This document shows positions 20,506 to 30,031 of a DNA stretch of 64,000 bases, piece after piece (positions within the stretch are counted from its first letter, which is position 1; each line of letters opens with the position of its first letter). The DNA is from Bacteroidota bacterium (GTDB taxonomy: Bacteria > Bacteroidota > Bacteroidia > Bacteroidales > FEN-979): the NCBI GenBank assembly GCA_037128705.1, contig JBAXVX010000005.1, forward strand, positions 34,155 to 98,154, given 5' to 3'. The position numbers and the translations under genes were made by a program. The notes beneath the pieces are model-generated. The model saw only the letters and a list, made by a program, of their open reading frames with translations, was not told the DNA's origin and did not search any database.

Positions 20506-21396
20506 ATGGCAGGACTGAAGGAAGTACGTATTCGGATTGCATCGGTTAAATCAACCCAGCAAATCACCAATGCCATGAAAATGGTGGCGGCCTCCAAGTT
20601 GCGTAAGGCGCAGACTGCCATTATAAAATTGCGTCCCTATGCTGCCAAACTGAGGGATATTCTGCAAAATCTGAGTGCAACGATTGACAATTCCGACGAA
20701 AACGTATTCTCCCAGGAGCGCAATCCTGAAAAGATTCTGCTGGTCGTCATTGCGTCTAACCGCGGGCTGTGCGGCGCCTTTAACTCCAACGTCATCAAGA
20801 TGGCCTTAAGCCTTACTGCAACCACCTATCGTCAGCAGTTCAGTCAGAACAATGTAAGTTTTATCACCATCGGACGAAAAGCTACCGAGTACTTCCGTAA
20901 GCGCAAATTCAATGTCATTGAATCGCATGATGAACTTTTTGACCAGCTTACCTTTGACAATGCCTCCGTTCATGCTGAAAAGATGATGAAGAGTTTTGCC
21001 GGGAAGGAATACGACAGGATTGATTTGATTTACAATCAATTCAAAAATGCGGCCGTTCAACGTTTGATCGTTGAACAGTACCTCCCCATTGCCCCAGTCC
21101 AGGCGTCAGCCCAGGTTCCGGCAACCAAAGTGGAGTCGGATTACATTTTCGAACCGGATAAGGAGACCATTGTGCGTGAACTGATCCCGAAAAATTTGCG
21201 TATTCAGCTGTTCAAAGCGGTCCTTGATTCATTTGCCTCCGAACAGGGAGCCAGGATGACTGCCATGCAAAAGGCCACTGAAAATGCAAAGGACCTCCTG
21301 CGCGATCTCAACATTTCTTACAACAAGGCACGTCAGAACGCCATTACCAACGCCATCCTCGAAATTGTTTCCGGGGCTGAAGCGCTGAAGGGATAA
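20506..21396 (+). CDS. atpG: F0F1 ATP synthase subunit gamma
   Basis: MAGLKEVRIRIASVKSTQQITNAMKMVAASKLRKAQ and C-terminal ITNAILEIVSGAEAL. Confidence 0.9.
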   Translation: MAGLKEVRIRIASVKSTQQITNAMKMVAASKLRKAQTAIIKLRPYAAKLRDILQNLSATIDNSDENVFSQERNPEKILLVVIASNRGLCGAFNSNVIKMALSLTATTYRQQFSQNNVSFITIGRKATEYFRKRKFNVIESHDELFDQLTFDNASVHAEKMMKSFAGKEYDRIDLIYNQFKNAAVQRLIVEQYLPIAPVQASAQVPATKVESDYIFEPDKETIVRELIPKNLRIQLFKAVLDSFASEQGARMTAMQKATENAKDLLRDLNISYNKARQNAITNAILEIVSGAEALKG

Positions 21397-21411
21397 GTTC
21401 CCTTCAAACCG

Positions 21412-22023
21412 CTAATCCACAATTGCAATTCGCCTTACAACTATTCCCGCATCTGACTTCAGTCTCAGGAAGTAGTACCCTTTGGAGAAGTCAGACAGGT
21501 CGAATTTCATTTCACCCGAACCATTGGTTAACTTGGCAGAAATAGTTTTTCCGCTGAGATCAATCAGGGAGATCTCGGCCTCCGTATTCAAAGTATTTCC
21601 AAATGACACCTTGAATACTCCCCTGGAGGGATTTGGGTAGACAACCATGCTGTTGTCTTTATGTTCACCAACCGCTGTGGCTAAAGAAGCAGTAAATGAA
21701 CCGACCATTCCCATGGCTGCGTGCGGGGTGCAAACGTAATTGTAATCGCCAGCCAGCAGAACGCGGTACTCAAAGGAATGGTTTGCTGTATTGATATTTG
21801 CATCCCAGCTGGAAGCCCCTCCCGGGATCACCCCGGATGTAGTGGTGTGACTTCCATTATCCCATACCCAGCGAACAGTATCGCCAACCGCTACATTCAG
21901 GGACGAAGGGTTAAAATAATAGTTTCCAACATGTACGATGTGCTTGATGGCATATGTGTCTGCATGATAACCAAGTAAAAGGATAATGAGGCCTGTTATC
22001 ATTAAACGGAGATATTTTTTCAT
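21412..22023 (-). CDS. amicyanin/plastocyanin-like cupredoxin with T9SS C-terminal sorting domain
   Basis: Signal peptide from the ATG at 22023 (MKKYLRLMITGLIILLLG). Type-1 Cu ligands are the His in DNGSHTT and C-x2-H-x2-M in YVCTPHAAMGM. The C-terminal ~80 aa (VVYPNPSRGVFKV...YFLRLKS...) is a T9SS CTD. Confidence 0.7.
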   Translation of the reverse strand: MKKYLRLMITGLIILLLGYHADTYAIKHIVHVGNYYFNPSSLNVAVGDTVRWVWDNGSHTTTSGVIPGGASSWDANINTANHSFEYRVLLAGDYNYVCTPHAAMGMVGSFTASLATAVGEHKDNSMVVYPNPSRGVFKVSFGNTLNTEAEISLIDLSGKTISAKLTNGSGEMKFDLSDFSKGYYFLRLKSDAGIVVRRIAIVD

Positions 22024-22073
22024 GGTAGATATGTTTAAATTATAATTATTTGGACTAAATAAAAACAAAGGTA

Positions 22074-22096
22074 CAACATGTTGACTTAAAAGTCAA
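22074..22096. promoter_or_regulatory. two overlapping palindromes CAACATGTTG and TTGACTT-aa-AAGTCAA in the cupredoxin/ferritin divergent region
   Basis: Read directly. The 7-bp arms are perfect. The site lies ~25 nt upstream of the ferritin -7 box. Confidence 0.35.
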
Positions 22097-22119
22097 AAAT
22101 TATTATTGGAAATATTCAT

Positions 22120-22127
22120 TAACTTTG
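22120..22127 (+). promoter_or_regulatory. candidate -7 box TAACTTTG upstream of ferritin
   Basis: Matches TAnnTTTG, 24 nt upstream of the ATG at 22151. Confidence 0.4.
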
Positions 22128-22150
22128 TATTTATTCAAATCAAATAAATT

Positions 22151-22690
22151 ATGATCACCAAAAATGTTGAAAAAGCGATAAACGAGCAGATCAAACGCGA
22201 GGAGCACTCTTCACGCATATATCTGTCAATGGCCTCATGGGCTGAACGGAATGGTTTCCCGGGTGCATCCAATTGGCTTTATGTACAAACGGAGGAGGAA
22301 CGTATCCATATGCTCAAACTGGTTCATTATCTCAACGACCGCGGCGGAACTGCTGTCATTCCGGCCCTGGAAGCGCCCGATGCAAAATTCAAATCGTTGC
22401 CCGATGTATTTCAACAGGTATTGAAGCATGAGGAGTATATCTCTGCCTCAATCAATGAACTCTATGCCACCTGTACCAAGGAGAAGGATTTTACAACGGC
22501 AAACTACCTGCAGTGGTACATTACCGAACAAATTGAAGAGGAGAGCACCGTGCGAAATATTCTCGACCAAATCAAGCTGGCCGGGAGTGATAAAGGTGGT
22601 CAATTTATGATGGATAAGGAATTTGCGACCATGGCCGCTGCCAAAAGAGCGGCCCTTGCCCTGAGCGGCGGTGCTAACGCAGTAGTTTAA
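22151..22690 (+). CDS. ftnA: ferritin (non-haem)
   Basis: Ferroxidase-centre residues in EEHSSRIYLSMASW and EEERIHMLKL. 179 aa. Confidence 0.85.
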   Translation: MITKNVEKAINEQIKREEHSSRIYLSMASWAERNGFPGASNWLYVQTEEERIHMLKLVHYLNDRGGTAVIPALEAPDAKFKSLPDVFQQVLKHEEYISASINELYATCTKEKDFTTANYLQWYITEQIEEESTVRNILDQIKLAGSDKGGQFMMDKEFATMAAAKRAALALSGGANAVV

Positions 22691-23228
22691 CGAGTTTGTT
22701 GTACCAGGTTCGGCCATATTTACGAATCAATGCTCCTTCCAGGAACTGGTAAAGGGGTATTTTTTCATGATATCCTTTCGCCAGGGCCTTCTGGCAGATG
22801 GGCCATTTGTGATAGTTGAGCAGGTCGCTGACCTGGGTTGATTTAATCCGGATGGGATAAAGGTGACAGGAAATGGGCTTTGCAAAAGGGATTTTTTTCT
22901 CCTGGAAGGCCTTTTCAATGGCACACCGGGCAATTCCATCCTCAAAATAGACAAAGGCACACTCCTTCCCGTGTATCAGCGGTGTGACAAATTTTCCCTC
23001 GGCATCGTAATCGAACACCCCCATTTCTTCCACCTCCGTTATTCCTTCAGGAACCATGAAGGGTTTGATCTCATCGATATAATCTTCAAGCAGGGAGATC
23101 TCCTCCTCGTCAAGGGGCGCTCCGGCGTCACCCTCCACGCAGCAGGCACCTTTGCACTTTGCCATGTCGCAGCAGAAGAAGGTCTCTTTTATTTCATCGG
23201 AAATTATTGTGTTTTCAAGGAGGATCAT
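22674..23228 (-). CDS. DUF3109 family Cys-rich protein
   Basis: N-terminal FFCCDMAKCKGACCVEGDAGAPL is typical of DUF3109. 17-nt convergent overlap with ferritin. Confidence 0.6.
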   Translation of the reverse strand: MILLENTIISDEIKETFFCCDMAKCKGACCVEGDAGAPLDEEEISLLEDYIDEIKPFMVPEGITEVEEMGVFDYDAEGKFVTPLIHGKECAFVYFEDGIARCAIEKAFQEKKIPFAKPISCHLYPIRIKSTQVSDLLNYHKWPICQKALAKGYHEKIPLYQFLEGALIRKYGRTWYNKLVKLLR

Positions 23229-23232
23229 ATCA

Positions 23233-24291
23233 TTACAATTTTGATATCATGGTACGTGATGGTTTATAGCGCCGCCAGAATTTATACCTTGTAATGGAGG
23301 TGTAATAAAAAATTTGCCGGATGCCAGGAATTCGCAGAAGGTAGTGATAAATACGATAAGAAAGGACCATCACGGCGAAGGTAAGGATCCAACCTGTAAG
23401 GGAAACTCCCAACCTGGCCCAGCCATTGTCAGATGGAACGGTGATCAACCGGCCTACCCCTTGCCAGAACCAGACCATGATCCCCATATTGATCAGGCAC
23501 ATGATGCCGATGATATACCCATGGGCTGTTTCGATGGCCCTTTTGGGACAGTTGTTCATGCAACGCATGCAGCTTTCGCAGCGGTATGACCAGAAGGGCC
23601 GGTCATCCACCTTCAGAATAGCCTTCACCGGGCAGTTGTCAATACAAATATCGCAGTTATCACAGGCATTCGTTGCGTAAAAAGATTTGGCCAGAATGAA
23701 CCGCCCGACGAAAAAATACCCGATGCTTACCGGTGAGATCAGCAGGTCCTGGATGATGTCGCGGAAAGCGGTGTAGACTTTTTTCCCGTCAAGAATTTTG
23801 GACGCAAAGGTGATGGTTATCTTTTTACAGTGCAGGTAGATCGATTCGACCACCTTTTCCTTCACTCCGGGATGGAAGGATATCCAGTTGGATGGCAGAT
23901 CGACGGAGCGGAGCCCCACAATCCGGTATCCTTTCAACAGCAGCACCAGGGCTGAAAGCCAGAGCGTGATCCCGCTCAGCCCGGGAACGAACCATTTCGA
24001 AAGCTTCAAACCGGCCCGGGTATTCATCAGGAACGCCCGGTTCCCTTTTGATCGCGGAAAACGAAAAATAAAATACATCATGGCCGGTGGGTAATTGAAC
24101 CCGTGGGTGGGAGAGACAAAACCCACCAGCGATGAGGGTGGCGGAGGCTGGATCCTTTTCCGGTCGATTTTTGCAATGTCGTTTGTTTCGACCGGAATAT
24201 TCCGGCGTGTTGCCGTGTCGGCAAACCATCGTGCAACATTGAGGGCATTGCCTGTGCCGGAAAAAAAGTAAATGGATAAAGGTCGTTCCAT
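23233..24291 (-). CDS. EFR1-family ferredoxin (flavodoxin-like N-domain + 2x[4Fe-4S] + C-terminal TM segments)
   Basis: IYFFSGTGNALNVARW at the N-terminus. CDNCDICIDNCP and CESCMRCMNNCP clusters. Hydrophobic C-terminal helices. Confidence 0.65.
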   Translation of the reverse strand: MERPLSIYFFSGTGNALNVARWFADTATRRNIPVETNDIAKIDRKRIQPPPPSSLVGFVSPTHGFNYPPAMMYFIFRFPRSKGNRAFLMNTRAGLKLSKWFVPGLSGITLWLSALVLLLKGYRIVGLRSVDLPSNWISFHPGVKEKVVESIYLHCKKITITFASKILDGKKVYTAFRDIIQDLLISPVSIGYFFVGRFILAKSFYATNACDNCDICIDNCPVKAILKVDDRPFWSYRCESCMRCMNNCPKRAIETAHGYIIGIMCLINMGIMVWFWQGVGRLITVPSDNGWARLGVSLTGWILTFAVMVLSYRIYHYLLRIPGIRQIFYYTSITRYKFWRRYKPSRTMISKL

Positions 24292-24311
24292 GAATTCAAT
24301 GGGTTGGTGGA

Positions 24312-25106
24312 TTATTTCCCGACAATGGCCACAATTCGCAGCGGGGCTCCGCTTCCTCCTTTTATTTTCATGGGCAGGGCCACAATGTACGCCCCCTTTG
24401 CCGGAAGCTGATCAAGGTTTGCTACGTTTTCATACATGGTAAGTCCGGCAGCGCACAGGATGCGATGGGTTCTGAAATCGGTGGATTGTCCGTAGTCGAT
24501 GCTCGGGGTATCAAGACCGATGGCCTTGACCTTTCGGTGCCCGACAAGCCAGCGGGCCGCATCAGGATCCAATCCGGGGAAGTGGAGGGATTCCACACCC
24601 TCTTTACCTTTTTTCAAGGTACCGGTGTATTTCAGGTGATCATCCCAGTATTTTCCGAATCCGGTGTTTAACAGGATGATGGCTCCGTCGGGGATTTTTC
24701 CGTTCAGGCGCTCCCAGTTCTCAAGATCGGCAACAGAAACCAGATAGTCGCGGTTACTGGCTGATTGTTTAGTCACATCGAGAATGACACCCGGTCCGTG
24801 AAGCTGATCAACGGGAACCTGGTGAATGAATTTCTGGCCCTGTCCGAAATGAACCGGGGCATCAAAATGGGTTCCCCCGTGTTCTTCAGCCGAAAATTTG
24901 AAGGAGGAGTAAAAATAGCCCTTCCCGGTCATACCGTAAAAAACAGTATCATGCCTGAAGGGTTCATCTGTAGGCCAGTAAACGGTATTGGTATCGAAAT
25001 CGTGGGTGAGGTCGATCCAATTTGAGGAAGCCAGTATTTCGGCAGGATCCTTTGGCCTGCAGGCAACAGCCATGATCAGGACCAGGAAAATCATGAAATT
25101 TTTCAT
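24312..25106 (-). CDS. cyclase family protein (kynurenine formamidase-like), probable lipoprotein
   Basis: HxGTHxDxPxH motif in EEHGGTHFDAPVHF. The start at 25106 gives MKNFMIFLVLIMAVAC with a lipobox. Confidence 0.7.
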   Translation of the reverse strand: MKNFMIFLVLIMAVACRPKDPAEILASSNWIDLTHDFDTNTVYWPTDEPFRHDTVFYGMTGKGYFYSSFKFSAEEHGGTHFDAPVHFGQGQKFIHQVPVDQLHGPGVILDVTKQSASNRDYLVSVADLENWERLNGKIPDGAIILLNTGFGKYWDDHLKYTGTLKKGKEGVESLHFPGLDPDAARWLVGHRKVKAIGLDTPSIDYGQSTDFRTHRILCAAGLTMYENVANLDQLPAKGAYIVALPMKIKGGSGAPLRIVAIVGK

Positions 25107-25270
25107 ACTATTCCACTTTCGTATGATCAAAGATAGAAGTTTCCTGTGAAAATCTTTTATTACTGTCAAATGAAAAATTACGGGAAAACAGCGAATATCC
25201 GGTCAAACATGGCGTTCATTGGCAAAATGCCACGTTCCCTAAGTCTTTTATGAAAGCATAAAAAATAGAT

Positions 25271-25278
25271 TATCTTTG
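25271..25278 (+). promoter_or_regulatory. candidate -7 box TATCTTTG upstream of LytTR regulator
   Basis: Matches TAnnTTTG, 18 nt upstream of the ATG at 25296. Confidence 0.3.
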
Positions 25279-25295
25279 ATTTAAAATGGAACAAT

Positions 25296-26054
25296 ATGAT
25301 TTCCTGCATCATCATCGACGATGAAGCGAAAGCCAGGGAGACCTTTGAAAAGATCGTTCAACGGTATCTGCCTGAAAAGCTTAAGGTAGTTGCCCTGGCC
25401 GGATCGGTAAAGGAGGGGGTGTACGCCATTCATAAATTCAGGCCCGACATTGTCTTCCTTGATATTGAGATGCCGGAGGAGAACGGGTTTAAACTCTTCG
25501 ATTATTTTGAAGCAGTTTTTTTTGAGGTGGTTTTTCTTACTGCCTTTAAAAATTATGCAATCAAGGCCATTCGGTTTTCGGCCTTTGATTATCTGTTAAA
25601 ACCGCTCGATTATACGGAACTCTCGGAGCTAATTGACAGATATGAGAAGAAGAGAAGGAGTGAAAATAATCAAATAAAGATTCAGGCTTTGCTCAGCAAT
25701 ATTACAATTGGGGCCGACATTGGCTCAAAAATAGCCCTTCCCACCCTGAGAGGCTATCAGATGGAAAAGATCAATCATATTATTTTTTGTGAGGCAGCAG
25801 AAAATTATACAAAAATTTATACCGTTCGGGGAGACTCATTCCTTGTTTCACGCACGCTGAAAATCGTCGAAGATATGCTTCCCTCTGAATATTTCTTTCG
25901 CATCCATAAATCCCACCTTGTAAATATGAACTTCGTGAAAAGTTATAACCGTTCCGAAGGGCATAAAATCCTTTTGGAGAACGGGGTTGAACTCGAGATT
26001 GCCACCAGGAGGAATGAGGAGTTTGTCAAAGCGCTGACCAAAGCTAAGGACTAA
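25296..26054 (+). CDS. LytR/AlgR (LytTR) family response regulator
   Basis: Receiver domain (IIIDDE..., phospho-Asp in VFLDIEMP) plus a C-terminal LytTR DNA-binding domain (FFRIHKSHLVN). Confidence 0.85.
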   Translation: MISCIIIDDEAKARETFEKIVQRYLPEKLKVVALAGSVKEGVYAIHKFRPDIVFLDIEMPEENGFKLFDYFEAVFFEVVFLTAFKNYAIKAIRFSAFDYLLKPLDYTELSELIDRYEKKRRSENNQIKIQALLSNITIGADIGSKIALPTLRGYQMEKINHIIFCEAAENYTKIYTVRGDSFLVSRTLKIVEDMLPSEYFFRIHKSHLVNMNFVKSYNRSEGHKILLENGVELEIATRRNEEFVKALTKAKD

Positions 26055-26057
26055 CTT

Positions 26058-29000
26058 ATGAATTTTCGTGCCGGTGCTTATTTTTTTCTTAAAGTTTTTC
26101 TGCAGATTATTGGAGTAGTTGCCTTTGTAGCTATTGCAGTTAATTTATCCGGTCAGAATTATTATTCCCGGAATTTTACCATTGAAGATGGCCTGCCATC
26201 GAATACCGTTCGCGCCCTAATCAAGGATTCGCGCGGCATCATGTGGATCGGTACTTCGGCAGGCCTTTGCAGGTTTAACGGACGGGAATTCACCGTATAT
26301 AACTCCTCCGACGGCCTCGGCGCTGAAAATATCTTCGACATCACCGAAGACAACAAGGGGAATCTCTGGATTGGAGGGATGGGCTGTGGTATTTCCATGT
26401 TTGACGGGACAAGATTTACAAATTATGATGAGAAGAAGGGCCTGGTATGCAATGATGTACGGCGGGTATGGTGGTCGAAGAAATTCAATATCCTGCTTGT
26501 CGGGACCAACATGGGCTGCAGTGTGTTTAATGGGAAAGCGTTCTATTCCTTGCCGGTAGCAGCAGTCAGTAAAGAATATAAATCATTATTTGTAATCGGA
26601 TTTGAGGAGAAAAATTACGGTGTCAGACTTTTTAGTTACGGCTTCGGGACTGTTTATTGTTATAACCCGGTAACCCACAAGTTCACCAAAGATACGGCTG
26701 GGTCCTTATTGGATATACAACCCAATTGTAATCCGATATCAGGAAAAAACGGGGATACGATCTGGAGTTGGGGAAGGACCAGCATCCAGGTATGGAATAA
26801 AAAATGTATTGCAAAGTTTGACAGTTTGGGTCAGGTGTTTCATATGGCCGCAGATGATAAAAAAAATATCTGGATTGCGGCCTGGACAGAATTTCCAACT
26901 CCTCCGATGCCGGGAGGATTTTATATGTATGATGGCACAAAGGTAGTTTCTCTTGGTAAACAGACCGGGATCAGCGATCCCGGTGTCTGGACCGTATTCT
27001 ATGATTCAATATTCCATACCGTATGGGTAGGAACCCTTCACCAGGGGCTTTACAGGATGCCCTTGCCATTTATCGAAAGCTATGGACCATCCTGGTTCGG
27101 GTTATCTTCGATGAAAATAAATGCCATTCATGCGGGCCGGGACAACAATATCTGGATCGCCACCTCGAAGGATATCATCAGGAAAAATCCAAATTTGGGA
27201 TTTTACATATACCCGCGCAACCTGCTCAGGAAGATTCAGTATATTACTCAGTTAAAGTACTTTGATCTGAGCCATATGCAATTTAGGGATAAGGAAGGCT
27301 CATTTGAGAAATATAAAAAACTGATTGCCGAAGGGAAATTTCCTTATCCAAACCCGTATCACGCATTTTTCGCCGAATGGTCTGAAGAGCGTATTTTGCC
27401 CGCTGGTTCACTTTACAATCCGGCCGTTTATAACCAATCCAGGCAGGATATAATAAAAGAAAGCAAAGACACAACGGTCTTCGGTTTTTTATCTATCGGT
27501 GAAGATTCCCGCTACAATGTCTATGTCAAAGCAAAGTATGGACTCATCCGGTTTAGTGATAAAACAAATTATATGAGTCCGGAAGTAATCTCCATTCACC
27601 AAAATCATCCACATCATGTTATAGCGTTCGATAAGACAGACACCTTATATTCCTCTTCTTTCTGGGTCAGGGGAATATTCAGGTGTGCCATTTTTCCTGA
27701 GGTGAAATATCCTGATCCGTATTTTTTTTTAGCTGGCAAGGGCAACGCACCGGACCGACCGATACGTATGTATTCCCGGGGCAATGAAATCTGGAGTGCA
27801 AGCAAGATCGGGGGACTTTATCTTACTTTGGGAAATAAAAATTACGCTTTCTGCAAAGCTGATTCGAGCCTTCCCAGGAGTTTCAATGATCTCTGTTTCG
27901 ACGGGGAGCACAATGTGATAGCAGGAGCGAACAACGGGGAGGTGTTTGTTTTTCGTTGGGATGGCGAACAATTGAAGCTTCTTTACAAGTTAGACCGGAC
28001 CACCGGGATTTTAGGGAAAAGCATCCGATGGGTTAAAACCGACAGGCAATCGAACTTATTTATCGGGACTACGGAGGGATTAAACCTGGTTGATCTGAAA
28101 GAGTTGTATGCAAAGGGAAAGGCCAGGGTGAGGTTTTTTTCAAGGGAGTCAGGATATGTTGATCCGACTGCTGAATTTTCGGTTGTTGATTCAACCGGTA
28201 ATCCTTGGATTGCGTCTGAAAAACAGCTTTTCAGGTTGAACCGGAAACTTCTTTTTGACTATACTTCGCATGTGGCAAATCTCTTGCTGACGGGGGTGGA
28301 AATCAACCAGGTTCCCTTGGCCCAGGTGGAAGGATTTACTGCTGATCCATGGTTCGGATCCCCGACAGAGAAACTGAAACTGACCCATGATCAGAACAAT
28401 GTGATGTTTTATTTTGATGCCGTAAATTACCTTGATGCCAATCAGCAGAGGTTCAGGCACAGGCTTTTACCGGTAAACAAGCAATGGAGTGAGTTTTCGT
28501 CCGACCGCAAGGCTTTTTTCCCTATGCTGCATCCCGGTCATTACACATTTGAGATTGAATCCTACAGCACCATTGACAATAGTCAAATCAGCCATTTATC
28601 CTATGTGTTCGTCATCCTGCCCCCATTCTATGCCACATGGTGGTTCATCTTACTCGTTTCAATTATCCTTGCAGGAATATTGGTTTCAGTATGGATTTTC
28701 AGGGTCGGACAAATCCGGAAGCAGGAAAAGCTGAAGGCCAGCATTCAACTTGAGCTCAATAACATGGAGATGAAGGCCCTGAAGGCCCAGATGAATCCGC
28801 ATTTTATTTTCAACGCCTTGAACTCCATCCAGAGTTATATATTAACCAACAATGTTGACAAGGCCCTCTATTATCTTTCCATGTTTTCAAAGTTGGTGAG
28901 AAAGACTTTGGAAAATGCGACCAAGGAGTTTGTCCCCCTTGGAGAAGAGCTGGAATTCCTGAATTTTTATATAGAGCTGGAAAAGATGCGGTTTGAAGGA

Positions 29001-29399
29001 CAATTTACCAATATTATGGAATGTGACGAGGATCTCCCGCTCGACACAACCATGATACCACCTATGATCGTCCAGCCGTTTGTGGAAAATGCAATCAAGC
29101 ACGGACTTTTGAAACTCAAAGTGGCCGGGGTGCTCCGCATACTGGTTACAAAGGTCAATGAAAACCAGTACCGGGTTATTATCGAAGACAATGGCATTGG
29201 CCGCATGAGAGCAGGTGAGCTGAGGAAAAATGAGGGATTGATACACAATTCCAAAGGCCTCGACATCACCAATACCCGGATTCGCCTGTTGAATGAGAAC
29301 GGAAAGACCGGGAACTTCAGCATTAAAATGGTTGACCTGTTAGATGCTGAGGGACATGCTGCCGGTACGCGGGTAGAGGTAAATCTCCCGCTCGGTTAA
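26058..29399 (+). CDS. sensor histidine kinase with periplasmic two-component-regulator beta-propeller / Y_Y_Y domains and LytS-type kinase core
   Basis: Repeated propeller motifs (IMWIGTSAGL, NLWIGGMG, NIWIA...). One TM segment near residue 850. MNPHFIFNALNSIQSYI His-kinase motif and a GHKL ATPase (IEDNGIG). Confidence 0.85.
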   Translation: MNFRAGAYFFLKVFLQIIGVVAFVAIAVNLSGQNYYSRNFTIEDGLPSNTVRALIKDSRGIMWIGTSAGLCRFNGREFTVYNSSDGLGAENIFDITEDNKGNLWIGGMGCGISMFDGTRFTNYDEKKGLVCNDVRRVWWSKKFNILLVGTNMGCSVFNGKAFYSLPVAAVSKEYKSLFVIGFEEKNYGVRLFSYGFGTVYCYNPVTHKFTKDTAGSLLDIQPNCNPISGKNGDTIWSWGRTSIQVWNKKCIAKFDSLGQVFHMAADDKKNIWIAAWTEFPTPPMPGGFYMYDGTKVVSLGKQTGISDPGVWTVFYDSIFHTVWVGTLHQGLYRMPLPFIESYGPSWFGLSSMKINAIHAGRDNNIWIATSKDIIRKNPNLGFYIYPRNLLRKIQYITQLKYFDLSHMQFRDKEGSFEKYKKLIAEGKFPYPNPYHAFFAEWSEERILPAGSLYNPAVYNQSRQDIIKESKDTTVFGFLSIGEDSRYNVYVKAKYGLIRFSDKTNYMSPEVISIHQNHPHHVIAFDKTDTLYSSSFWVRGIFRCAIFPEVKYPDPYFFLAGKGNAPDRPIRMYSRGNEIWSASKIGGLYLTLGNKNYAFCKADSSLPRSFNDLCFDGEHNVIAGANNGEVFVFRWDGEQLKLLYKLDRTTGILGKSIRWVKTDRQSNLFIGTTEGLNLVDLKELYAKGKARVRFFSRESGYVDPTAEFSVVDSTGNPWIASEKQLFRLNRKLLFDYTSHVANLLLTGVEINQVPLAQVEGFTADPWFGSPTEKLKLTHDQNNVMFYFDAVNYLDANQQRFRHRLLPVNKQWSEFSSDRKAFFPMLHPGHYTFEIESYSTIDNSQISHLSYVFVILPPFYATWWFILLVSIILAGILVSVWIFRVGQIRKQEKLKASIQLELNNMEMKALKAQMNPHFIFNALNSIQSYILTNNVDKALYYLSMFSKLVRKTLENATKEFVPLGEELEFLNFYIELEKMRFEGQFTNIMECDEDLPLDTTMIPPMIVQPFVENAIKHGLLKLKVAGVLRILVTKVNENQYRVIIEDNGIGRMRAGELRKNEGLIHNSKGLDITNTRIRLLNENGKTGNFSIKMVDLLDAEGHAAGTRVEVNLPLG

Positions 29400-29752
29400 A
29401 TTGTCACCAGCTGTGGCTGAGCCTCCCGGGGAAAAAATGAAGCCTGGCCGTCGGTCGGAGTGTAAAGATTGTTCCAATTTTCCCTGATTGCTTCCCGCTG
29501 AGAAAACGAGAGTGTGTTTGGAAGCACTTCGAACTGTATTATTTTAGGTTTGACCGACTGCATGAAATATCGAAATGGGATATTGGGTTCATTGGGCATA
29601 AAGTGCTCCAGAATGGTTTGATGTAAGTTATCTGTAACCCCGACAAACCGGCATTTGGATGATGAGAAAACAGCATACACTGCTGAAGAATCCGGCAAAT
29701 TCAACTTTTCGGGATTTAATAAAACCTGTATTGCTTTATCCATGGTGGCCAA
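29396..29752 (-). CDS. hypothetical small protein, possible GIY-YIG-like fold
   Basis: AVYAVFSSSKCRFVGVTDNLHQTILEHF loosely resembles GIY-(x9-10)-YIG..L....H. 4-nt convergent overlap with the kinase gene. Confidence 0.3.
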   Translation of the reverse strand: MATMDKAIQVLLNPEKLNLPDSSAVYAVFSSSKCRFVGVTDNLHQTILEHFMPNEPNIPFRYFMQSVKPKIIQFEVLPNTLSFSQREAIRENWNNLYTPTDGQASFFPREAQPQLVTI

Positions 29753-29991
29753 TTAATGTGTTGGAATCAGTGAACATAATAAAACTATAACATTTTATGA
29801 AGATATGCAAATGTAACAGAATAATTTAATACAGGATAAAAAAATTTGGCCTTGTTCTTTTCCCAGGTATCGAAAACTATTCTGGAAACAATCATCGAAC
29901 TTAATATGATCTAACAGCAGCATTAAACACATCAAGGAAATATGAGGTTAATTACCGCATGCCGATACGATGAATTTCTCTTAAATATTCT

Positions 29992-29999
29992 TACTTTTG
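29992..29999 (+). promoter_or_regulatory. candidate -7 box TACTTTTG upstream of repeat-protein gene
   Basis: Matches TAnnTTTG, 32 nt upstream of the ATG at 30032. It lies inside the longer track ORF, which supports the internal start. Confidence 0.35.
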
Positions 30000-30031
30000 A
30001 TGACTCAGTGTACAACGTTAAATCAATTAAT

